From an uncultured Nitrososphaerota archaeon (GTDB lineage: Archaea > Thermoproteota > Nitrososphaeria > Nitrososphaerales > CADDZS01): a stretch of 64,000 nucleotides of DNA. The stretch covers positions 832,001-896,000 of the forward strand of contig CAWCYI010000004.1 of assembly GCA_963799845.1 (NCBI GenBank). Direction: 5' to 3'. Shown here piece after piece: positions 20,652 through 29,693 of this stretch. The position numbers and the translations under genes are program-made. A model generated the notes under the pieces. It searched no databases, had not been told where the DNA came from, and saw only the letters and a program-made list of their open reading frames with translations. Each line of letters starts with the position of its first letter. Position 1 is the first letter of the stretch.

Positions 20652-23258
20652 CTATCCTACAGTGACTGGACCGTAAATTACGGAAGGCAGTTGTGCATTA
20701 GGAGGATCGATTCGGATTCTCCAACCATAAAAGTAGGCCGCGGTATTCGACCCCGCGTAGGTCTCAATGCCGACATACTGGTTTGTTGCTCCCAAATGCG
20801 AGTCAGTTGTACTCGCGCTCGATGATAATGTACCTGAGCCATCTGCTTCAGTGTAGATGTTGGTTGTCAAAGACGATCCGCTTATTATCGCCTGATCGAA
20901 GTACCAGCCGGTCGCGCGCGACCCGCTTCCCGCAAGCAAAGTATTCGTGGTGCCGCTTTCATATGCGATTGAGGCTGCATCACCAGTCCAACCATCTCCG
21001 AGAATGTAGTTTGTCGTGGTCGAGCTGCTGGAGCCTCTGACCGCAAAGAGACCGTTCAAGTTGCTAGCAATGTTCACCCACCCCTCCACAATGAAATTAT
21101 CACCCACTACTGCAGAATTATGCCAAGCGACTGTTTCCGAAGACGTGCCTGTACTTCCCTTCCCGGTAAGTGATAGAACTCCTGACGTGCCACCGTACGG
21201 GTTAGCCTGTGCGGAGGTTGATAGGGTACCACCATTAGTCACACTCAGGCCGCTCGTCGATACACCGTTATTGTAGTATAAGAAAACATTTGCGCCATCG
21301 TCGTATTGTCCATATGTCGAACTGAGCTGCGGCGCCTCGCCAAATGGGCCAGATGAGCTCAAATGGCTAGTCCCCTTTGCGTAAAATCCCATATAGATTG
21401 TGTTAGAGCTCAAAGGCGCGATTCCTGAGGAATTGAGCTTCAGCCAAAGTATTGAATTTGTATTTGTGTTAGCCGTTCCATTGGCGAGCCAGGCGTTCAG
21501 ACTGTTTCCACTGTAGTCAAAGAACAAAACGTTGTCAACAGGGTTGTCAAGATATGAGCTGTATGTGTTCCAGTTGATATTCAACATCACTTGGGTTCCT
21601 CCTGTTACTGAAGAAGTCTGGAGGTTAGCGAGCGTAATTGGAACGTAGAATAGGACGTTGCTAGGAACCGTTTTAGGCACAGGGAAATTCAAGTTTGAGT
21701 TCACAAAGCAGCCTTGAGCGGTCTGAAGTTCGGTCAAAGCGCCTGAGGCCCAATAAATTGATACTGGAAATATGTCCTGTACTGCATAGCTGAGAGTAGG
21801 CGCAAGACCGTTCCAGACGAAATTCAGGTTGCTGTTAACCGCAATATTGTTTCCAGAAGACGAACTGGACCAAGTGATGATCCCGTTGCTAACACCTTCT
21901 GTCCATCCCGAAGGGGCAGTCGCGGATACTGATGAGAATGCTGAGGCGTTCAGAACTATTTTGTCAATTGTACTTCCAGAAAAAGCTGAATTGTTCACCT
22001 CTAGTTGGAAGACAGTGTCGGTGTCCCCTGAACAAATGCTCGGAGTCTCCGAAGACCATCCAACGTTGTCCCCGGCAATGGTTGACTCGAACGGAACGTT
22101 TTGCCCGTAAATTGAGACGCTTGACTGAGTAATCTTGGTGCCAGGTACCAAAAGAAATACGGCGAACTGACCATAGTAGGCTAAGTTGTTTCCCGGAATT
22201 ACTGAATCGTCAGTACCCAGAGACATGATCTGCATGTTATTAGATTCCATCGGATATGCTGCCGCGAAGAAGATGGTTTTCGTTGCTCCGTAGGGAAGGT
22301 TGATCGGAACGAACGAGCCCGTTGTATTGCTTATTATTTCCCCATTTGCCTGATTCACGTTAACCGCATAAAAGACATAGACTGGGCTAGTCTCCCCACA
22401 GTGGCTCGTTGGAGTGCCAGCGTCGCAGGTCTCAATGACCCAGATATTTGCCAAAGAGTTAATCACCACCGTGCTCTGCTGCGAATCTGCATTCGTTATA
22501 TTTACAGAGAATACGATCGGAACCTCAATACCGCAATAGCCGCAGCCATCATCGGTGTGGTTCTGGCCCTCGGGAACCAAAGATCCGTCGAACGGATGGT
22601 TAATGTCAAATTTCCATGTACCACCGTTGCATTGAACCCCTCCGCTGCAGAGGTTTTCAAAGTCTCCGTCTGAATCCGTCTGTGGGGGTCCAGTCAGATA
22701 ATCGTACCATTTGAAAGTGCCGAACGACAGCTCGAGTGAGCCTAGTCCTTGTGCCAGCTCCGAGTTGATGGCCGCGGCACTTTGGTATTGGTTTGGATAT
22801 GCTCCGTTCACCACTATCCCGCTGGTGGTTACAACCCTAATTACAAAGTCTTGAAACGCGCTACTGACTGTGACTGTTGTGTTGAACAAAGCCGATCGGC
22901 CTTGGCCGATGCCCACCGGGCTGGTGTAATTCTTGTACTGGACGACGGCTCCAGTGCTATTCATTACCAACCAAGCGGAAATTGAAACTGCGGATCCAGT
23001 ATTATTGACGTAAAAAGAGAGTACTTGACCCGAAATGACCGTTCCATAAACTAGTAGGTTCGAGGCGCTTTGGATCAATTGATTCTGCTTCTGGTCATTT
23101 TGCAATAGATTCTGTTCGTAGGTCCGCTGCTGGGAGCTAATGCTGTAGAAATAGGTAGTTCCAACACTGAAGACTATCCCAAACAAGATAAGGGCAGCGA
23201 TGACAGGAGCAGTCGCGCGTCTGAGTCGCATTCTTTTTCCAAAATTGTTATTGTGCAA
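20652..23258 (-). CDS. Giant pilin-like adhesin with class III signal peptide and DUF2341-like C-terminal region
   Basis: RRATAPVIAALILFGIV N-terminus; DNVLFFDYSGNSLNAWL...LWLKL...IYMGF...GEAPQLSSTYGQYDDGANVF. Confidence 0.8.
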   Translation of the reverse strand: MHNNNFGKRMRLRRATAPVIAALILFGIVFSVGTTYFYSISSQQRTYEQNLLQNDQKQNQLIQSASNLLVYGTVISGQVLSFYVNNTGSAVSISAWLVMNSTGAVVQYKNYTSPVGIGQGRSALFNTTVTVSSAFQDFVIRVVTTSGIVVNGAYPNQYQSAAAINSELAQGLGSLELSFGTFKWYDYLTGPPQTDSDGDFENLCSGGVQCNGGTWKFDINHPFDGSLVPEGQNHTDDGCGYCGIEVPIVFSVNITNADSQQSTVVINSLANIWVIETCDAGTPTSHCGETSPVYVFYAVNVNQANGEIISNTTGSFVPINLPYGATKTIFFAAAYPMESNNMQIMSLGTDDSVIPGNNLAYYGQFAVFLLVPGTKITQSSVSIYGQNVPFESTIAGDNVGWSSETPSICSGDTDTVFQLEVNNSAFSGSTIDKIVLNASAFSSVSATAPSGWTEGVSNGIITWSSSSSGNNIAVNSNLNFVWNGLAPTLSYAVQDIFPVSIYWASGALTELQTAQGCFVNSNLNFPVPKTVPSNVLFYVPITLANLQTSSVTGGTQVMLNINWNTYSSYLDNPVDNVLFFDYSGNSLNAWLANGTANTNTNSILWLKLNSSGIAPLSSNTIYMGFYAKGTSHLSSSGPFGEAPQLSSTYGQYDDGANVFLYYNNGVSTSGLSVTNGGTLSTSAQANPYGGTSGVLSLTGKGSTGTSSETVAWHNSAVVGDNFIVEGWVNIASNLNGLFAVRGSSSSTTTNYILGDGWTGDAASIAYESGTTNTLLAGSGSRATGWYFDQAIISGSSLTTNIYTEADGSGTLSSSASTTDSHLGATNQYVGIETYAGSNTAAYFYGWRIRIDPPNAQLPSVIYGPVTVG

Positions 23259-23310
23259 TTTTTTAGAACCACAACTCGGTCTTACTGGCCGACAGATCCA
23301 ATCGACTTCG

Positions 23311-25152
23311 TTAGATCACCGTGCAGACTAATGCTTCCTGCATTGTAGTAATCTCACCCGTCGTCCATGTTATTACGATCGGAAACACGTACTGAGTGGT
23401 TGATGCCGGCGAAGGAGCTGTAGCCTTCCAAGTGAAAGTGTCTGTGGTTCCGTTCGCGATGTAATCGGATGGAGTAACAGAATTCCAGGTGATATAACCC
23501 GAATGCGGGGAGTTGGCGGTACCCGTCCAGCCGGTCGGGCTTGCTGAAACACTCACCGAACTAAATGCTGATGCGTTGAGTACTATGTTATCTATTCCCA
23601 CAGGGTTTGTAGGATTTGCGTAGGCGAATATCGAATCATTTACAACTAGCTTAAAGGTTGCCTGCACACCGGGGGTGGCCGTTGTATTTGTTTCTGATAT
23701 CCAGCCGAAGTTATCGGCAGCGGTTGTAGATTCAAACGGAATGTTCTGCCCATAAACTTGGACGCTCGGAGAAATTATTTTCGTTCCGGAGAACAAGAGA
23801 AATACTGCAAACTGTCCGTAATAAAACGGATTGGTGGTAACCGCGCTGGTTAATCCTACCGCTGACATTGGTTGAAGTGAAAGATCGTATGCCGCTCCGT
23901 AGTAGAGAGTTTTCGTCACTCCGTACGGAATGATAATTTCGGAGAAAGAGCCCGCCGTGGTGCTGGTTATGGCTCCAGTTGTGGGATTTACATTCATCAG
24001 GTAGAAGACGAAGAACGGATTTCCACTCGGACAGTTTCCCTCCGTCACTCCTGAATCGCAAGTTTCAATGACCCAAAGGTTTGAGGCAGAGTTGATTACG
24101 ACTGTCCCCAGAGACGGATCGTCGTTTGTGATATTCACTGAGAAAGCGACGGGAATCTGGTAGTATGGTGAAGTTGTTGTGGTTGTTGTGGTGGTGGTTG
24201 TGGAGGTAGAGGTGCTGGTGGATGTAATTGTGGTCTTCGGAGCACTTGTAGTGATGGTTGACGTGATCGTTGATGTAGTTGTGCCGCAGCCGCACCCGAC
24301 ATGATGAGTCGTAGTAGTCGTAGTAGTGGTTGTGGTTGTGGGGGTATAGCTGGTCAGCGTCGTCGTAGTAGTAGTGGTGGTAGTCGAATAAGATGTGCTG
24401 TAATACACTTGTGTAGGATTGTAACCTCCGGGAACCAGTGATCCACTGTGCGGATGAGCGACGTCGATTGTCCAAGCCCCACCGTTGCAGTTTGTCTCCT
24501 GTTCTGAAGAACTAGCGCAGAGGTTATCGAAGACGGTACTGCCTTGTGTAGTTGTCGCTGATGGTCCGTTGCGATAGCTGTACCAATTAAAACTAGAAAA
24601 TCCCATCTCCAGCGAACCGAAACCCCCCGCCACGAGAGAGTTTACCGTTGCGCCCGTAATTTGCTGTGAAGGGTATGTTCCCACTCCCTGTGTTCCTCGA
24701 GCGGTCAGAACTTTGATTACGTATTTAGCTCCCGCTGGAATTATAATCGAGGGATTCAGACTTATCGCATTGAATGTGGCTGACTGCCCCTGGCCAACAT
24801 TGAAGGGAAGAGCCTCGTTTGAACTTGTAGTCGAATTCACGTATTGAATAATGTTGCCCGAGGTCCCGTTCAAAATCCAATACGAGACGATAGAAATTGC
24901 GACGCCCGTGTTGTTGACGTAGAAGGCGAGCTCTCCTGACTGGGACTCTCCGAATACAGTGAGGTGCTCAGCGCTCGGGCCATTAAGGAAATTGTTGTTG
25001 TTTTGAGCTATTGATTTCTGAAGGTTAGACTGGTCCTGCGTGATTATGTAAAAGTAGGTAGAGCCCACCGTTATGAGCATCGCAAACAGCATCACCGCGC
25101 CGATGACTGACGAGACTGATCTCTTTCTCTTCAACGTGACTTTGGACAACAT
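23311..25152 (-). CDS. Large pilin-like protein with class III signal peptide and poly-Thr insert
   Basis: KRKRSVSSVIGAVMLFAML; paralogous to the N-terminal ~520 aa of the 868-aa protein (WVIETCD, YYGQFAVFLL, YGQN.PFEST). Confidence 0.8.
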   Translation of the reverse strand: MLSKVTLKRKRSVSSVIGAVMLFAMLITVGSTYFYIITQDQSNLQKSIAQNNNNFLNGPSAEHLTVFGESQSGELAFYVNNTGVAISIVSYWILNGTSGNIIQYVNSTTSSNEALPFNVGQGQSATFNAISLNPSIIIPAGAKYVIKVLTARGTQGVGTYPSQQITGATVNSLVAGGFGSLEMGFSSFNWYSYRNGPSATTTQGSTVFDNLCASSSEQETNCNGGAWTIDVAHPHSGSLVPGGYNPTQVYYSTSYSTTTTTTTTTLTSYTPTTTTTTTTTTTHHVGCGCGTTTSTITSTITTSAPKTTITSTSTSTSTTTTTTTTTTSPYYQIPVAFSVNITNDDPSLGTVVINSASNLWVIETCDSGVTEGNCPSGNPFFVFYLMNVNPTTGAITSTTAGSFSEIIIPYGVTKTLYYGAAYDLSLQPMSAVGLTSAVTTNPFYYGQFAVFLLFSGTKIISPSVQVYGQNIPFESTTAADNFGWISETNTTATPGVQATFKLVVNDSIFAYANPTNPVGIDNIVLNASAFSSVSVSASPTGWTGTANSPHSGYITWNSVTPSDYIANGTTDTFTWKATAPSPASTTQYVFPIVITWTTGEITTMQEALVCTVI

Positions 25153-25188
25153 TTTTCGACGCGCTCCTCCCTTTCCCTGAAAGTCTCT

Positions 25189-25800
25189 CTAGAGTACCGC
25201 GGGGGTCACTTGTTGGTACTGGGTTGAGACGACGGCACACTGATAAGAGTAGTAACTGCTAGTCTTGCTCACTTGCGTAAGTGTCTCGTTGTGTGCTTCA
25301 GACTGGAACGCATAAATTGCATTTTTAGAGAATGTTATCGGGGAGGTGTTTGCACTCGTCAGTGTGTTTATCGTGAGTGACTTCACATTTTCAGTTAATA
25401 TCTGTCCAGTGGTATTGGTCCTTGACTGAGCCAGAGTGTAAGTATCCAATTTGGTAGAATTACTTATCTGAATATTCGTGATGTTAACCGCGCCGTGCCC
25501 ATTATTGTAGAACCAAAGCGTGATCAAGTTGGCGTTGGTGCTGCTGAAATTTGCGTTGATAATGACGAGTCCGAGATTGAGACATCCAGAGTTGGTGCCA
25601 ATCGTGTTTCCAAAATTCTTCTCGCTCGCTTCTGCAGCACTGCTCGCCCAAGCCCAGACTGCGAATCCTACAGCAAGTGTGACACCCAAAAGTAGAATTG
25701 ATCCCATTACTTCGCTTGCGGCGAGTCGGGATCGTTTTCCTGCTAATTTTTTATTGAGATTTTTCAAGGTTTGATCAGATCGACTTAATGTAATTTTCAT
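25189..25800 (-). CDS. Minor type IV pilin
   Basis: KRSRLAASEVMGSILLLGVTLAVG class III signal; LWFYNNG motif. Confidence 0.8.
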   Translation of the reverse strand: MKITLSRSDQTLKNLNKKLAGKRSRLAASEVMGSILLLGVTLAVGFAVWAWASSAAEASEKNFGNTIGTNSGCLNLGLVIINANFSSTNANLITLWFYNNGHGAVNITNIQISNSTKLDTYTLAQSRTNTTGQILTENVKSLTINTLTSANTSPITFSKNAIYAFQSEAHNETLTQVSKTSSYYSYQCAVVSTQYQQVTPAVL

Positions 25801-25808
25801 AAATTAGA

Positions 25809-26351
25809 GAATAAGAAAAAAGGGGAGGAGGGACACGTGATCCTCTCAGTAGGCTTAGCGTTCTACTGAGCAATCAGTGAACCCGATACGGACTGTCCGT
25901 TTGCGAAGTTAATGACGTAGTTGAAGACTTGTCCTGTAGTGATCGGTTGTGCTGGTGCAGCATTCTCCGGATAGTAAGTAAATGATGTGACCGTTCCAGC
26001 GGCCATCGCGTTGTTGCCTGGGTGACTTGAAGTGAAGACGACCAAGTTGCCTCCGGTAGCAACGTTCGTATTGTTGTCCCACGCTGCGATAGTTGCTATA
26101 CCACTGCCCGTCATGGTCACCGAAGTGATGTATGTCGCTGAACCTGGGTTGTTAAGCGCAATTGTGAGGCTTGACGTTGCTGCTGCAGCTACAGTTGCGG
26201 TTGTCCCACCGTAGAGTGTTGCCGATGAGAGTGTTACTGTCTTCACGTTCGAACCGAACAGACCAAACGTGTAAGCTCCGACGACGAGTGCTAAGACGAG
26301 TGTTCCTGCGATCAGGATGATTGTTGCAATGACAGGAGTAACTCCTCTCTT
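25809..26351 (-). repeat. 543-bp inverted repeat, copy A (pilin gene plus 3' UTR)
   Basis: Reverse complement of 33227..33769; about 25 mismatches by manual alignment, all in two patches. Confidence 0.95.
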
Positions 26352-26384
26352 GCTGTTCTTCATCCTAAGTCTTTGGGTGTTCAT
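25863..26384 (-). CDS. pilA: Major type IV pilin, copy A
   Basis: KRG/VTPVIATIILIAGTLVLALVV class III signal peptide; first gene of the pilin operon. Confidence 0.9.
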   Translation of the reverse strand: MNTQRLRMKNSKRGVTPVIATIILIAGTLVLALVVGAYTFGLFGSNVKTVTLSSATLYGGTTATVAAAATSSLTIALNNPGSATYITSVTMTGSGIATIAAWDNNTNVATGGNLVVFTSSHPGNNAMAAGTVTSFTYYPENAAPAQPITTGQVFNYVINFANGQSVSGSLIAQ

Positions 26385-27369
26385 GAGAGTGAAATCTCTC
26401 CGTCGTAATATTAGGTCTTAGGAAGATACACTTTTGATTGAAGACTCAGGGCCGTAGTACGAAGAGCATATGATATATCGGATGTTGAGTCTTGACATTT
26501 GTACAACGAACGCCTAGGAATCGAGATTCGTTACATCGAAAAACCATTTTCCAAATAAAAAGACGATGGCTGCGATCAGGGCAAGATATTTGTCTGATTT
26601 CCATGATTCAGCTAAGTTCCATCTGAATAGAGCTGATTCAATTGTGAGGATAAAGTACCACAAAGACCAAAATCTTGAGCAGGTAATTGAGGCCGTTGTC
26701 AAACAGACTTGGTGAACGAAAGAAATGACAGCGTAACAAATCCAATCAAATCGAAGCACTAAGAAGATACTTAGCTTTATCAACAATAAACTCTCCCGGT
26801 GTGCGCACCTCTCTACAATGCTCCCTTTCTCTAGTGCAAATCGTTCGATACCTGAGGCGAATACGCGATTTTCAATCGGCGAATAATATCTTGTCTCCTG
26901 AGAGAGAACTCTATGAGAAATGCCGATATCAAAGCGTATAGGACTCCTAACATCCCAAACACCATAATAAAAGCCACGTGGATTGCATATAGTGCATACG
27001 ACTCTTCACCCAATATTGTGAACTTGCTCAAAATATTAGGCGGATGCGCGACTATTGCCGAAAATCCTACAAGTGTAAAGCAGTAGAATACAATCGCGAA
27101 TGGATAAGGAGCAGAGTAAATGTTCGCAAAAGGAAAAGGAGTGGAGAAAATATTCAACGGATTTACGAAATTTGAGAATATCAGACCAGAGATGCCTAAT
27201 AGAGCAAGCCACCCCAAGTTGGAAGAAATCTTGTCACAATATGCGAATATTCCCAACGCATATGCAATACCAGCGACAGGAATGAATGTCTGAAGGTACG
27301 GCAAACCATATTGTCCGTTCGAAGAGTACGCGTACCCCAACAAGAACGCTACTCCTACGAACGTAACTA

Positions 27370-28493
27370 ACCTGGCCGACATAAATTATTAGACTGAAAG
27401 GGCCACAGACCTAGACATTCTCATTTTTGGCCAACTTCCCTTCCTATCTCAGGTTGTATGTCTCGATTACAGGCACCGAAGGAGATTGTTGAAGAGGCTT
27501 ATAGAGAGGAGAGGGACGCAAACGTAAGCAAGAGGATATTCCTCGTTCTGAAGGTCAAGTACGAGGGTGTCCCGGCGTCGCACGTAGCAAGGGAAGTTCA
27601 CCGGCACAAATCATGGACGACACCGTGGCTTAGACGTTTCGAGAAAGATGGGCTAGAAGGACTCAAGACGATGGAAAGGAGCGGGAGACCTCCGAAGCTC
27701 GATCACAACAAGTTCATTGCGGTGAAGAGGAAGGTCGTGAAGAACGAATGCGGCTGGACCGTGAAGGAGGTCAGGGAGATGATCCGCAAGGAAGCAGACG
27801 TGGCATACACTGAGAGACACATCTACAGGTTGATGCAGAAGTGGGGAGTGAGAGCAATTGTCCCTGACAAGAGGTTACTTCACAAGGCTTCCCTCGAAGA
27901 GAGGCTCGAATTTAAAAAAGGACCGCAAGACTCCTCAGGAATATCCCGGAAGGCTTCACCGTAGCATCCGAAGACGAATCAATCTTCGTCCAGAACATAG
28001 AAACCAAAAGGGTGTGGGCGGTCAAAGGGATTCGACCGATTCGGATTGTGTCAGGCTCGCACGGCAACACCGTGGTGTTTGGAGCGATCAGCCTGGACGG
28101 GACACAAATCTTCAGGCAGTACGAGAAATTCAATGGCGAGACATTCCTCGACTACCTGAAGAAGGTGCACAGGAAGTTTGGATCACTCTATCTCTTCCTT
28201 GACAAAGCAAGGCAACACCACAAAACCAGGATCGTAACTGATTATTTGGGTAAGAACAGGAAGACTCTCAGAGTCAGATGGATCCCGACAGCTTCGCCAG
28301 AGTTCAACATGATGGAGGAGTGTTGGCGCGAGGGTGAGAAGGATCTCTCAAGGCTTCCAACCTTTCCGACGTCATTGAAAGAACTGAAATCAATCCTGGC
28401 AGAATACTATCGAACGCGAAGGTTTTGCTCGCATCTTGACATGAAGAAATTCCTTCTGACCAACAGGTGTCTATGAACTTATGTCGGCCAGGT
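27370..28493 (+). mobile_element. IS630-family insertion sequence (1124 bp)
   Basis: Perfect 15-bp TIR ACCTGGCCGACATAA with imperfect extension to about 25 bp; TA duplicated at 27368-69 and 28494-95. Confidence 0.92.
27458..28476 (+). CDS. IS630 transposase in two ORFs joined by a probable programmed -1 frameshift
   Basis: ORF1 HTH (RSGRPPKL, WT); slippery TTTAAAAAAG at 27911-27920; -1 frame DDE core (SEDES, FLDKA, SPEFNMMEECW). Confidence 0.88.
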
Positions 28494-29693
28494 TATACTT
28501 GCAAGTATGATCTTCTGATTTACCCTAAGTCTACTAATTATTGGAATCAGTAGGTAGACTGCCTCTTCAAGTTGCAGTGTCCAGAATATGGCTGCTGGCA
28601 CGTATCCGAGTGGGTTTACATAATATTCGACAAAGAAAAGATATCTTACGAAAGCCCAAAATGGAATGTGAAATAGGAAGTAGAAACTAATGATTGAACC
28701 ATAATAAATTGGCCAGATTCGGAGGATCCGTCTTTTGAAGTAGTGTTTCAAGTCGGGCTTTGTTTTTAGGCTGTTCAGAAGAAGGTACATGCTCAGCATA
28801 AAGAAAATTGGGACACCAAGATAGCCAAGCAAGATAAAACCAAAAACCAGAGTCGGAAAGTCAAAGTATCCGCCCATGTGAAATACCACTACGCTGAGCG
28901 CAGCTATTCCTCTCAATCCTGAAAGTCTCGGATCGAAGTTGTGGGTCGGAAGCTTAATTGTGGACTTTGCAGTGATCGTTTCTCTGGTCTGATGTGTCAT
29001 TTTACGCAGTCCAAGATTCGATAAGACATTTTTCAGCATGATGCATTCAAGCTCTTTGGACCGCGATTTTTGGAAATTGTCTACCAAAGAAAAATGAGGT
29101 AGAGGGAACACCGAGTTATGAAAGGAGTAATCTTTTCTTTCCCGCAGTTGCGATCCATTGCGTTTCTATGAGTAATCGGTACGTCGACGCTCTTATATCG
29201 GTGATGCAGTTAGGATTCATGAACTCGCATCCATTACGGTCAAAAGTTGAGTCAAAGAAGTTACCTTGTATTTCATCTTGAAATTTCAGGAGAATTTAGG
29301 GCTATCTTGAATTGAGTTATGGTACTTGCTTAGTGGCGTAGAGCCACTAAGAATCATCTCCAGGGAGCTGAACGAGTCGATCGCGCACGCAAAGATAATA
29401 GGAAAGCTAAGATCTACATGGACGCACATTAGAGTCCGAACGAACGGTTTGGTTCCGCTACACATTCAATTATCAAAAGTGTCAGTTATATCTAATCACA
29501 GTATATTTGGAAGATAGTTGTTCCAGAGCAATTCGAAATCATTAAGCAAGTTTTACCCACGTCTTTCCAACCAGGAAATATTATTGCTAACTAAGATCAC
29601 GCCCGTCATTAATGGAGGATTTTGATAGTATTCTGAACTACAGATCGGTACCCCAAGACTGGGTCGCGAAGAAATGAGCCCAAATCTTTAGGA

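Larger units (their letters stand above)
26831..29000 (-). pseudogene. Acyltransferase-3 (OafA/YrhL-like) gene interrupted by IS630
   Basis: LSGLRGIAALSVVVFH, GVPIFFMLS, RRILRIWP and FWTLQLEE in the 5' part; LGEESYALYAIH in the 3' part. Removing the IS and one TA restores the frame (IILASIVTFVGVAF). Start uncertain. Confidence 0.9.

Noticed and set aside
24165-24400. CRISPR-like or non-coding tandem repeat
   Set aside because: It is poly-Thr codons within a CDS. No repeat-spacer array or cas gene was seen anywhere in the window.
26514-26786. 90-aa hydrophobic ORF upstream of pilin A
   Set aside because: No motif and a weak start in AT-rich DNA; cannot be supported as a gene.
27368-28495. 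IS630 inserted at an inner TA in the middle of a 30-bp palindromic target
   Set aside because: That empty site would be out of frame. Treating the palindrome arms as the TIRs and using the outer TA restores the acyltransferase frame.
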